Origin: an uncultured Candidatus Peribacteria bacterium
GTDB lineage: Bacteria > Patescibacteriota > Gracilibacteria > RBG-16-42-10
Reading direction: 5' to 3'
DNA length: 64,000 bases
Assembly (NCBI GenBank): GCA_964514565.1
Contig: CAZERA010000004.1
Span: 40,793-104,792 of the forward strand
In this document: positions 18,434 to 26,942 of the stretch, piece after piece
Position numbering within the stretch: the first letter of the stretch is position 1
Layout: every line of letters starts with the position of its first letter
Notes under the pieces: model-generated
Told to the model about the DNA's origin: nothing
Databases searched by the model: none
The model's input: the letters and a program-made list of their open reading frames with translations, nothing else
Position numbers and translations under genes: made by a program

Positions 18434-21304
18434 GTGGCTTCAGATAAAATAGTGATACACGGTGCACGTGTACACAATCTTAAAAATATAGATTTGGAAT
18501 TGCCTCGGGAGAAGCTGATAGTCATGACTGGACTATCAGGCTCAGGTAAGTCTTCTTTGGCGTTTGATACTATTTATGCAGAGGGCCAAAGACGCTATGT
18601 GGAGAGTCTTTCTACCTATGCCCGTCAGTTTTTGGAGTTGATGGAAAAGCCGGATGTGGATCAAATCGATGGTCTCTCACCTGCTATTTCAATTGACCAA
18701 AAGAGTACTTCTCGTAATCCCCGCTCTACAGTAGGAACTGTGACTGAGATTTATGATTATTTACGTTTGTTGTTTGCCAAAGTAGGTCAACCACATTGTC
18801 CTAATTGTGGTCGCCCTGTTACTAAGCAAACAATTCAACAAATTACTGATCAGGTCGCTTCTATGCCAGTAGGCAATAAGCTCATGCTGCTGGCTCCGCT
18901 GGTCAAAGATCGCAAGGGTGAACACATGAAAGTATTCGATCAGATTCGTAAAGGTGGCTTTATTCGTATGCGTGTGGATGGTCAGATTTATAATATTTCT
19001 GATGCAGTTTCACTGGATAAAAATCAAACGCACTCTATTGATGTGGTCGTAGATCGTTTGGTGGCCAAAGAGAAATACGAGGCTGAGGACATGACTCGTC
19101 TTTCTGACTCTGTTGAATTAGCTCTTGGCCTGGGTGAAGGCATGATGTCGGTCGTCGATATGACTGTTGATGATGAAAAGATCTATAGTGAGCATTTTGC
19201 GTGTGTGTACTGTAATATCAGCCTTCCTGAGATCTCTCCTCGAAGCTTTTCGTTCAATAGTCCTCATGGTGCTTGTAATATCTGTCATGGTCTGGGAACT
19301 AAACTAGAGGTAGATACTGCTTTGATTATTCCCAATCCCCGACTCACTTTAGCTGAGGGAGCAATCGTGCCTTGGGCTAAAACTGCATCTAGACTGAGTT
19401 GGTACAATCGTATTTTGAAAGAGGTTGGGCAGCTGCATGACTTTGATCTCAATACTCCTTATAAAGATCTCAATGAAGAGGTCCGCAAAATTGTACTTTA
19501 TGGTACTGGTACTGAGTCTTATCATCTCAAGGGAGTGAAAGATTACAACTTTGAAGGCAATCTCAAGGTCACTTATGAAGGTGTCATTCCTAACTTGGAG
19601 CGTCGCTACAATGAGACTGATTCGGATTATGTCCGCAAAGAAATTGAGAAGTACATGCAGATTTTGACTTGTCCAGATTGTCGCGGTATGCGGCTCAAAA
19701 AAGAAATCTTGGCCGTAAAAATTGCTGATCAGTCGATTATTGATGTAACTCAATTGTCTGTTGCTCGTGCTGATACTTTTTTCCGTACCTTACCTTTCAG
19801 CGATTTTCAGAAAAAAGTAGCAGAAAGAATCATCAAAGAAATTACTGATCGTTTGTCTTTCCTCCAAAATGTGGGACTCAACTACCTGACCCTTTCTCGT
19901 TCGGCTAGTACCCTTTCTGGTGGAGAGGCGCAACGTATTCGTTTGGCTACTCAGATTGGTTCACAGTTGCTTGGGGTCCTGTATGTCTTGGATGAACCAT
20001 CAATTGGTCTCCATCAAAGAGACAATGATCGTTTGATCGCTACTCTAAAACGCCTAAGAGATCTTGGTAATACTGTGATTGTAGTGGAGCATGATACCGA
20101 TACTATGTTGGCTTCAGATTATATTGTGGATATTGGTCCAGGCGCTGGTAAACATGGAGGTCGAGTAATTTCACAAGGCACACCTGATGAAGTGATGAAT
20201 GATCCCAATTCGATTACAGGTCAATATTTGTCTGGTAGGAAGCTGATTACTTCACCCAAGCATCGTCGTGAAGGAAACAATAAGCATATTCATATCAAAG
20301 GTGCGATAGAACATAATCTCAAGGATGTCTCAGTGTCTTTGCCTCTTGGTAAGTTCATCGCCGTTACTGGTGTGTCAGGATCAGGTAAGTCTACTTTGAT
20401 CAATGAGATTTTAGTGAAAGCGATTACAAACCATATCAATGGTTCTAGTAAACCTACTGGTGCTTATGGGCAGATCACTGGTTTTGAAAACATTGATAAG
20501 ATCATCAGTATCGATCAGAAACCAATCGGTCGTACTCCTCGTTCCAATCCTGCTACCTACACTGGTGTATTTACAGACATTCGTGAATTATTTGCTGCTA
20601 CACCTGAAGCACGTACGCGTGGTTACAAGTCTGGTCGTTTTAGTTTTAATGTCAAAGGTGGCCGTTGTGAGACATGTCATGGAGACGGTATCGTCAGAAT
20701 TGAAATGCACTTTTTGCCTGATCTCTATGTGCCATGTGAAGTATGTAAAGGCCAACGCTACAACCGTGAAGCTCTAGAGATCCATTACAAAGCAAAGAAT
20801 ATTGCGCAGGTATTGGATATGACAGTCGAAGATGCGGTTACTTTCTTTGCAGCAGTCCCTAGAATCAAAGAGATCCTAGATACTTTGCTCGAAGTCGGTT
20901 TGGGCTATATCAAACTAGGCCAACAAGCGAATACTCTCTCAGGTGGTGAAGCTCAACGTATCAAGCTGGCAACAGAATTAGCTCGTCGAAGCACGGGGCG
21001 AACATTGTATGTACTTGATGAACCCACTACTGGTCTTCATTTCGCTGACGTAGAGAGACTACTCAATGTCCTCAACAAACTAGTCGAAGGCGGCAACACA
21101 GTACTGACGATTGAACACAATCTAGACGTGATCAAATCAGTAGACTGGGTGATCGATCTAGGTCCAGAAGGTGGTGAAGGTGGTGGAGAAATATTAGCTG
21201 AAGGAACCCCAGAAGAAGTGATGAAGGTCAAAGGCTCATACACAGGCAAATACCTCAAGATCCTAGTAGAAAGAGAAAAAGAATTGCAAGCAAAACTAAA
21301 GTAA
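18434..21304 (+). CDS. uvrA: Excinuclease ABC subunit A
   Basis: GARVHNLKN, two Walker A motifs (GLSGSGKS, GVSGSGKS), two LSGGEAQRI, CxxC zinc fingers. Confidence 0.99.
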   Translation: MASDKIVIHGARVHNLKNIDLELPREKLIVMTGLSGSGKSSLAFDTIYAEGQRRYVESLSTYARQFLELMEKPDVDQIDGLSPAISIDQKSTSRNPRSTVGTVTEIYDYLRLLFAKVGQPHCPNCGRPVTKQTIQQITDQVASMPVGNKLMLLAPLVKDRKGEHMKVFDQIRKGGFIRMRVDGQIYNISDAVSLDKNQTHSIDVVVDRLVAKEKYEAEDMTRLSDSVELALGLGEGMMSVVDMTVDDEKIYSEHFACVYCNISLPEISPRSFSFNSPHGACNICHGLGTKLEVDTALIIPNPRLTLAEGAIVPWAKTASRLSWYNRILKEVGQLHDFDLNTPYKDLNEEVRKIVLYGTGTESYHLKGVKDYNFEGNLKVTYEGVIPNLERRYNETDSDYVRKEIEKYMQILTCPDCRGMRLKKEILAVKIADQSIIDVTQLSVARADTFFRTLPFSDFQKKVAERIIKEITDRLSFLQNVGLNYLTLSRSASTLSGGEAQRIRLATQIGSQLLGVLYVLDEPSIGLHQRDNDRLIATLKRLRDLGNTVIVVEHDTDTMLASDYIVDIGPGAGKHGGRVISQGTPDEVMNDPNSITGQYLSGRKLITSPKHRREGNNKHIHIKGAIEHNLKDVSVSLPLGKFIAVTGVSGSGKSTLINEILVKAITNHINGSSKPTGAYGQITGFENIDKIISIDQKPIGRTPRSNPATYTGVFTDIRELFAATPEARTRGYKSGRFSFNVKGGRCETCHGDGIVRIEMHFLPDLYVPCEVCKGQRYNREALEIHYKAKNIAQVLDMTVEDAVTFFAAVPRIKEILDTLLEVGLGYIKLGQQANTLSGGEAQRIKLATELARRSTGRTLYVLDEPTTGLHFADVERLLNVLNKLVEGGNTVLTIEHNLDVIKSVDWVIDLGPEGGEGGGEILAEGTPEEVMKVKGSYTGKYLKILVEREKELQAKLK

Positions 21305-21318
21305 TAAGCAAAGAATTT

Positions 21319-21359
21319 AAAAGACTACAGTAAGGGCAAATGCCACCTGTAGTCTTTTT
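21319..21359. terminator. Bidirectional intrinsic terminator (uvrA / tRNA side)
   Basis: AAAAGACTACAG ... CTGTAGTCTTTTT, 12-bp inverted repeat with A and T tails. Confidence 0.8.
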
Positions 21360-21484
21360 CATATATCACCAAAAATTATTCTTATTCTAATCTTTATCCT
21401 TAGATCGCGTTTAGATTGTCATATCAAAAAAAGCAGATTTTCTTAAGAGATAGCTGCGATAAAAGCTGTCAGTATACGCGATCT

Positions 21485-21559
21485 TGGTGCCCCCAGAAGG
21501 AATCGAACCTTCATAACCGGTTCCGAAGACCGGGACTCTATCCATTAAGCTATGGAGGC
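21485..21559 (-). tRNA. tRNA-Arg (anticodon UCG)
   Basis: GCCTCCATAGCTTAATGGATAGAGTCCCGGTCTTCGGAACCGGTTATGAAGGTTCGATTCCTTCTGGGGGCACCA; anticodon arm CCGGT-CT TCG GA-ACCGG, TTCGA T-loop, encoded CCA. Confidence 0.95.
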
Positions 21560-21621
21560 AGGTACAAGACTTATAGCACATGCTGCCATAAAAATTAAGT
21601 AGATCTGTGATATTGGTCTAC

Positions 21622-22530
21622 TTAATATTCACCTCTGATCATGGCAAGAGCAATTTTCTCTCGGACTGGATAATCAGTAGCGTTGGCTTTTTGGGGATTG
21701 TTGAGAATATCAACTCCCAATAAACCAATACATCGTAAAGCCCATACTGCTTGAACAGCTGCTTCCCCGTGCTGTGTTTTCAACAGTTTTAGTTCTTTGA
21801 TAATCAATGGCAAAGCTGCTTCTGGATCTGGATGTTCTAGTAAGGCAAAATCAAGGGCTCTGAGTACATCATAGAATGCTGCGCCAGGTCTTGGCTCAAC
21901 AGTGAGATCTAGTAGATGAGGTTGTTGCTGACGATCCAAAATAATATGTTCGCCATGAATATTGCCATGCACGAAACCAAAAAATTTTTGGGGATCTTGT
22001 CTGGCTAGTGCAAATAAAGTGTTTGAGAGTTGAAACGCTTCTGTGGGACTGAGTAATCCTTTTGCCATAATCTTTTCGATCCAAGCATGAAATACTCTTC
22101 CCATCCATCCATACGCTTGTTCTGTGTCGATATGTGATGGGAGGGTGTGATCTTTTTGGCATTCTTGCACAAAATTTTGATAGTCAGTACAAACTGCTTT
22201 ACTAATGCTAATCGTCCGAGCTAGATCAGTTCGATACAGTTTTTTTAGTTCCTGACCCTCAATATACTCCAGTAGTAAATATTCTGGATTAGTAATTGCA
22301 CTAGTGGGGTAAAATAGTTTTTGAGTTTTGAAACTAGTGCTACCTTTCCTTAAAGCGGCAACAAGTAACAATCGTAATTGATATCGTTCAATTTTGGCAC
22401 TTTTAAGGACCATTAAGCTTCCATCTGGGCCAATCACTTTGCGATTGTGTGATCGACCGTTCAGTACTTCACCTGTATCAGTGAGTTTATGATGAGCTAT
22501 CGCTTGTTGTACTGGAGATAGGTTTCTCAA
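21622..22530 (-). CDS. APH/choline-kinase-like phosphotransferase-fold protein (catalytic-loop Asp replaced: HGN)
   Basis: MVLK, YLLLEYIEG, FVHGNIHGEHII, LLDL, FYD motifs. Confidence 0.75.
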   Translation of the reverse strand: MRNLSPVQQAIAHHKLTDTGEVLNGRSHNRKVIGPDGSLMVLKSAKIERYQLRLLLVAALRKGSTSFKTQKLFYPTSAITNPEYLLLEYIEGQELKKLYRTDLARTISISKAVCTDYQNFVQECQKDHTLPSHIDTEQAYGWMGRVFHAWIEKIMAKGLLSPTEAFQLSNTLFALARQDPQKFFGFVHGNIHGEHIILDRQQQPHLLDLTVEPRPGAAFYDVLRALDFALLEHPDPEAALPLIIKELKLLKTQHGEAAVQAVWALRCIGLLGVDILNNPQKANATDYPVREKIALAMIRGEY

Positions 22531-22532
22531 GA

Positions 22533-23543
22533 TTAGTAGGTTGCTTCTATGAGGGCTTTACGAATTCTATTTCTAGCTTCTCTTTTGTATATATCTTCTG
22601 GCGGATCTTTTTGAATATCAGTACCAATTGCCAACATTCTTGCTCTGAGCACTGGCATTAGTAATGTGGGATCAAATTCCTCTTTGAGCCTTCTTACTGC
22701 GACCGATAAGCTTTCTCCAAGTTGAGCTGGTGTATGGCTATGTGCCACAATTGAATCTAACCCTCTGACTTTATCATAAAAACCTCTACCAGGTTTTACT
22801 TGAGCGTTGAGATCAAGCAAGTAAGGTTTTACTTCTTTGCGTTTGTTTTCAGGTAATACTTTTAAATCTGGTGTTAGAATATGTTTAGCATGAATGTCTC
22901 CATGGGCAAATCCAATATATTCTTTCCCGTACTTTCTATAATTGTTGCTTAAATCAAGCACAATTTGGGTGATCGCTCGAGCTGAAGCAGGTGTGGTTCT
23001 CATCATTTTTGCTTCCCATACAGCTACTGCGGCTAAAAAACGGGCCATTCCTCTAGCAGCAACAACTGCAGAAATTGTAGTTGTTGGTATATATGCTTTT
23101 AAAACAGATTGATAATCATTTGCTGTTGCAAGTAGAATACCTACCGCTTCTTCATTTCCACCAAAAAACATGCCCTCAGTCCTTTTGTTTACTTTAGTTA
23201 CTTCTGAAAGAGGGGCTTGTTCGATTAGATCAGTGATATAATAACTAGGTTCGCCTGGTCTGCTAATATAATGAAGTTGAGGTACTTGAAAACTAAGGTT
23301 TAATTCCGCAGCAGCTTTCATCAATCCGATTTCATGAGTATTGATAGCGCTGCCGTATTTTACTACTACAGTTCTATTGTTATTTGCTTCTAAGTATCCT
23401 AGTCCTTCATCAGGTCGCATGCCTTTTCTTAATTCCTCTCTAATTGTTGCTTTTACAACATCATGCTTTCCCATTTTTTCTCTAAACTCAAGTCCATGTT
23501 TGGCAGCGATAAAATTCAATGTTGCTGAAGGTGATTTGTTCAT
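22533..23543 (-). CDS. APH/choline-kinase-like phosphotransferase-fold protein
   Basis: VVVK, HE, VPQL, YYITDLIE, FAHGDIHAKHIL, LLDL, FYD motifs. Confidence 0.75.
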   Translation of the reverse strand: MNKSPSATLNFIAAKHGLEFREKMGKHDVVKATIREELRKGMRPDEGLGYLEANNNRTVVVKYGSAINTHEIGLMKAAAELNLSFQVPQLHYISRPGEPSYYITDLIEQAPLSEVTKVNKRTEGMFFGGNEEAVGILLATANDYQSVLKAYIPTTTISAVVAARGMARFLAAVAVWEAKMMRTTPASARAITQIVLDLSNNYRKYGKEYIGFAHGDIHAKHILTPDLKVLPENKRKEVKPYLLDLNAQVKPGRGFYDKVRGLDSIVAHSHTPAQLGESLSVAVRRLKEEFDPTLLMPVLRARMLAIGTDIQKDPPEDIYKREARNRIRKALIEATY

Positions 23544-23566
23544 CTGATTAAAATAAGTTAGGTGCC

Positions 23567-23661
23567 ACTTTATCTTTTGCTATCAACCTAGTCAATTTGT
23601 TTTTATCTGACTGATCCCCTGCTTCTCTCAAATTGACAGTAATTTTCCGCCATTCTAGACT
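23567..23661. promoter_or_regulatory. Back-to-back divergent sigma70 promoters
   Basis: Minus: TTGACT-N17-TAAAGT (23595-23567). Plus: TTGACA-N17-TAGACT (23633-23661). Confidence 0.6.
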
Positions 23662-23681
23662 ACCACTTCAAATATAAAGCA

Positions 23682-24362
23682 ATGGCAGAAAGATATACAC
23701 GCTGGTTGGATTGGGAAAGACATGCATCGAAGCCGACAATGTATCCGCCCCATTTAGATTTCTCTCCACAAGACGCCCAGGCATTTCTGACTGCTTTGTA
23801 TTTTATGAATATGAAGGATGTGTACCAGCACTCTTCTGCTCAGGATGCTCATATGCAGCGTCTGGCTGATGTATTTGCTGGACTAGATGCTCAGACAAAT
23901 TTTCCACTTGGCGATGCTATGGATTTTTATGGCCAAGAAAACCGTGTGCATGATCGTGTGCGAGCTAATTTAAGGAGAGTATTAGTAAATGTGACCGAAC
24001 AGCAAAAGCTAGGTGAATTGTTGCCGATTGATGTATTGAGACAATTACTAAAACTAGCAGGTAAAGACTGGTTGGTCGCTAGCCAAGGCAATGGTTGGGT
24101 GTTTTTTGACCAGCAAGATATGAATGCTTTATCTGAAGCTGATACATATATTCAGCAAGACATACATGTCCTCCCCTACTGGTTAATTGAAAGTGATGAT
24201 TACAATCACCATTGTTATCTGTGGGATCTCTATCGCAAATTAACGGTGATTGTTCACCATGCTACTTATCGGGCCAAATATACTCAACATGTTGGTAAGA
24301 TCAGAGGTGCTTTGCGACAAAGATGGAACAATCGTCATTTAGCTACTGTTTCTTTGTCATAA
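23682..24362 (+). CDS. Hypothetical protein
   Basis: 226-aa ORF with its own promoter and terminator; no recognised motif. Confidence 0.7.
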   Translation: MAERYTRWLDWERHASKPTMYPPHLDFSPQDAQAFLTALYFMNMKDVYQHSSAQDAHMQRLADVFAGLDAQTNFPLGDAMDFYGQENRVHDRVRANLRRVLVNVTEQQKLGELLPIDVLRQLLKLAGKDWLVASQGNGWVFFDQQDMNALSEADTYIQQDIHVLPYWLIESDDYNHHCYLWDLYRKLTVIVHHATYRAKYTQHVGKIRGALRQRWNNRHLATVSLS

Positions 24363-24364
24363 TA

Positions 24365-24396
24365 AAAGAGCCCCATCTGGTGAGATGAAGCTCTTT
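24365..24396. terminator. Bidirectional terminator between convergent genes
   Basis: AAAGAGC-cc-CATCT-ggtg-AGATG-aa-GCTCTTT. Confidence 0.65.
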
Positions 24397-24414
24397 GTCA
24401 TTTATCGCATCTCC

Positions 24415-24753
24415 TTATTTAGGGGGGAGGATCTCGTCAAAATTACCTTTGAAGTCTTTCAAAAATTGATGGACGTCCATGACATCGTCTGAACTAACGA
24501 TCTCTTTGGTTTCCATTGATTGGACCGTGGTATTGATATTTTGAGGCACACTAGAGTCTGGATTGGCTTGGCTGAGATTAGCGGTAATCAAAATTGAGGT
24601 TTTACAATAATCACACTGAGCGACGATCATACACTTTTCGCCCACAGCGCTGATTACATTGATATCATCGTTGGAATAACTATTGTCACATTGTGGACAA
24701 TTGACGTGGCTCTTGATATTTCGAATGACCGCACGGAGGGATGTGAAGTTCAT
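24415..24753 (-). CDS. Small zinc-ribbon protein of unknown function
   Basis: CPQC ... CDYC; acidic C-terminal helix VSSDDVMDVHQFLKDF. Confidence 0.8.
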   Translation of the reverse strand: MNFTSLRAVIRNIKSHVNCPQCDNSYSNDDINVISAVGEKCMIVAQCDYCKTSILITANLSQANPDSSVPQNINTTVQSMETKEIVSSDDVMDVHQFLKDFKGNFDEILPPK

Positions 24754-24795
24754 TGTGTTTTCTTATGCAACTTAAATTATACACGCACTTTTTCT

Positions 24796-25707
24796 CTATT
24801 GCCAGTGGTAATGTTTATTGACCCACTCATACAGCACTTTAGTTTCTTGAAAGCGGTCAGGACTATTGAGTACCACCGTAATAAGCTGATGGCCATGATA
24901 GGTTCCTAGTGAAACAAAGGACTCGCCTGCATCAGGTGTCGTACCAGTTTTCAGCCCTTGCATATTGATATAACTATTGAGCAAGAGATTGGTTGGCCTT
25001 ACGCTATAGGTATTGCCTAGTTTTGAAGTAATGGTGAGCGGGCCTTGTTTGACGATATCCAAAATGGTGGGGTATTGGTTGTAAATTGTATAGGCGGCCT
25101 TGGCTACTTCAAAAGCAGTAGAGTAATTTTCTTGATCATCGAAACCCAAAGGATGAGCTATATGTGTATTAATTAAACCAAGCTCATGTACTTTTTTGTT
25201 GACTAATTCGATCGCATTTTCTGGTCCATTGAGGGCACCCTGCACTATGGCCATAGTCGCATCATTTGCAGAAGCAATTAAGCTTGCTTGAAGCAGACTA
25301 TGTAAGGTCAGACGGTCTCCTCTTTTGAGATAGAGTTTTGAGGCTGGCATATCTGCTGCATACTGATCGATAGTTATTACGGTATCTAGTGGTAATTTTT
25401 GATCAAGCAGTGTCATCAAGGTAAATAGCTTGGTGATACTGGCTATCGGTAAGCGCTCGTACGCATTTTTCTGGTACAAGATAGCTTTTGTATTCACATC
25501 CATTACCAAAGCGGCTCTAGCTTGAATTACAGGTGCCAAGGCATCTGCATCTTTGGTAATACCAAAACGAAGCGGATTGTAGAGATAATTCTCATTCAGC
25601 GTCTCCACATTATTACTGACTACAGATGCTTGAGGAATGCTCAGCAAAGTAGAGTTCTGTAGCGTCTGATAGAAAAGAAATGTACTTAGGAGGAAGGCTT
25701 GAGACAT
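24796..25707 (-). CDS. D-alanyl-D-alanine carboxypeptidase (peptidase S11)
   Basis: ASITKL (SxxK), SAN (SxN), GLKTGTT (KTG). Confidence 0.92.
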   Translation of the reverse strand: MSQAFLLSTFLFYQTLQNSTLLSIPQASVVSNNVETLNENYLYNPLRFGITKDADALAPVIQARAALVMDVNTKAILYQKNAYERLPIASITKLFTLMTLLDQKLPLDTVITIDQYAADMPASKLYLKRGDRLTLHSLLQASLIASANDATMAIVQGALNGPENAIELVNKKVHELGLINTHIAHPLGFDDQENYSTAFEVAKAAYTIYNQYPTILDIVKQGPLTITSKLGNTYSVRPTNLLLNSYINMQGLKTGTTPDAGESFVSLGTYHGHQLITVVLNSPDRFQETKVLYEWVNKHYHWQ

Positions 25708-26408
25708 GTAGAGAGCAATTGATCAATCATAGTGTCAGTAAGAGCAAGATACGGACCTCCTCGTAAAGTGGCAAGCTTCAATGTGCCTATCTCAGTACGG
25801 ATCAGCCTGGTGACTCTATAGTCCAAGCTAGACAACATTCTCCGGATATGGCGTTTCTTGCCATGATGGAGGGTAATGCGCAGTTCATTGGGGTACTCAG
25901 TTTGCTCAATCTTATCCGCAGTGAGAAATTCACCATCGTCGTTGATTCCTTCTTCTAAAAACCGTAGATCACTAGGATTAAACTCTTGATCTAGTACCAC
26001 ATGATAGATTTTTTCTATTTGATAACTAGGATGAGTCATTTTATTAGCCAATTCACCATCATTGGTGAGAATGATTAGTCCCTCAGAGTCTTTATCCAAC
26101 CTTCCTACTGGGAAAATGCGTGCTTTGGTAGGGATGAGGTCAGTGACTAGTTGTTCGGCAAAGCGATCTGAGACCGTACTGGTGTAGCCTCTTGGTTTGT
26201 AGACCAGGTAGGTTTCATGAGGATGATCTAAAACAGTGATTGGTTTGCCATTAATGGTCACTTTATCTGTCTCAGTAACACTCATTCCAAGCGTTGCTTT
26301 TTGACCATTCACCATCACTTGGCCTGCTTCAATCAACAGTTCAGCTTTTCTTCTTGAGCATATTCCACAACCAGCGATGTATTTTTGCAATCTTTGAGGT
26401 TTGACCAT
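25686..26408 (-). CDS. rRNA pseudouridine synthase, RsuA/RluB family
   Basis: S4 domain RLQKYIA..G.CSRRKAE, YKPRGY, PVGRLDKDSEGL. Confidence 0.93.
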   Translation of the reverse strand: MVKPQRLQKYIAGCGICSRRKAELLIEAGQVMVNGQKATLGMSVTETDKVTINGKPITVLDHPHETYLVYKPRGYTSTVSDRFAEQLVTDLIPTKARIFPVGRLDKDSEGLIILTNDGELANKMTHPSYQIEKIYHVVLDQEFNPSDLRFLEEGINDDGEFLTADKIEQTEYPNELRITLHHGKKRHIRRMLSSLDYRVTRLIRTEIGTLKLATLRGGPYLALTDTMIDQLLSTCLKPSS

Positions 26409-26456
26409 AGGTGTGCAGTCGTATAGGTTTACAATAGATTTTTATACATATCATTT

Positions 26457-26942
26457 ATGCTTCAAGCCTTCGCGCGAGTCAAACCCGTATCAGTGGGAAA
26501 ACTCTATGCAGTCTATGTGGGGTTGGTAGTTTTTATCATGGGTTTAGCTTCTAATTTTGTTGCATTGGTGCTTGGCCGTGGTTCTCTTGCCATCACTTTT
26601 GATTCCATGATGGGTAGTACTCCGATGAAGCAAGAAATCATGCTCAATGTATGGCAAATCCTTTTAGTGACCTGCTTACTCACTTTGTTGGTTATGGTGC
26701 TGGGTTTTTTCTATGGCATCATTTTATCTTTGATCTATAACTTAGCAGCAAATATTACTGGTGGTGTTGTGATTGATACCGTTGCGGTTGGTACGCCGGT
26801 TAAACAACCTGTTGCTGAGGTAAGTCAGAAAACTGTGACACCTCCAGTCGTCAGTCATGCTGCGCCAAAAGTAACTAAGCCAGTAGTGGTTGCACGCAAA
26901 CCTGCTGCCCGTACTCCCGCTCGTAAAAAACGTAAGGCTTAA
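26457..26942 (+). CDS. Two-TM membrane protein (DUF3566-like) with basic K/A/P/R tail
   Basis: RVKPVSVGKL start, two TM helices, IYNLAANITGGV, tail RKPAARTPARKKRKA. Confidence 0.7.
   Translation: MLQAFARVKPVSVGKLYAVYVGLVVFIMGLASNFVALVLGRGSLAITFDSMMGSTPMKQEIMLNVWQILLVTCLLTLLVMVLGFFYGIILSLIYNLAANITGGVVIDTVAVGTPVKQPVAEVSQKTVTPPVVSHAAPKVTKPVVVARKPAARTPARKKRKA

Noticed and set aside
21360..24400. Integrative element at tRNA-Arg (or at tRNA-Gln, 42198)
   Set aside because: No integrase and no duplicated tRNA 3' end found; the accessory genes lie 5' of tRNA-Arg
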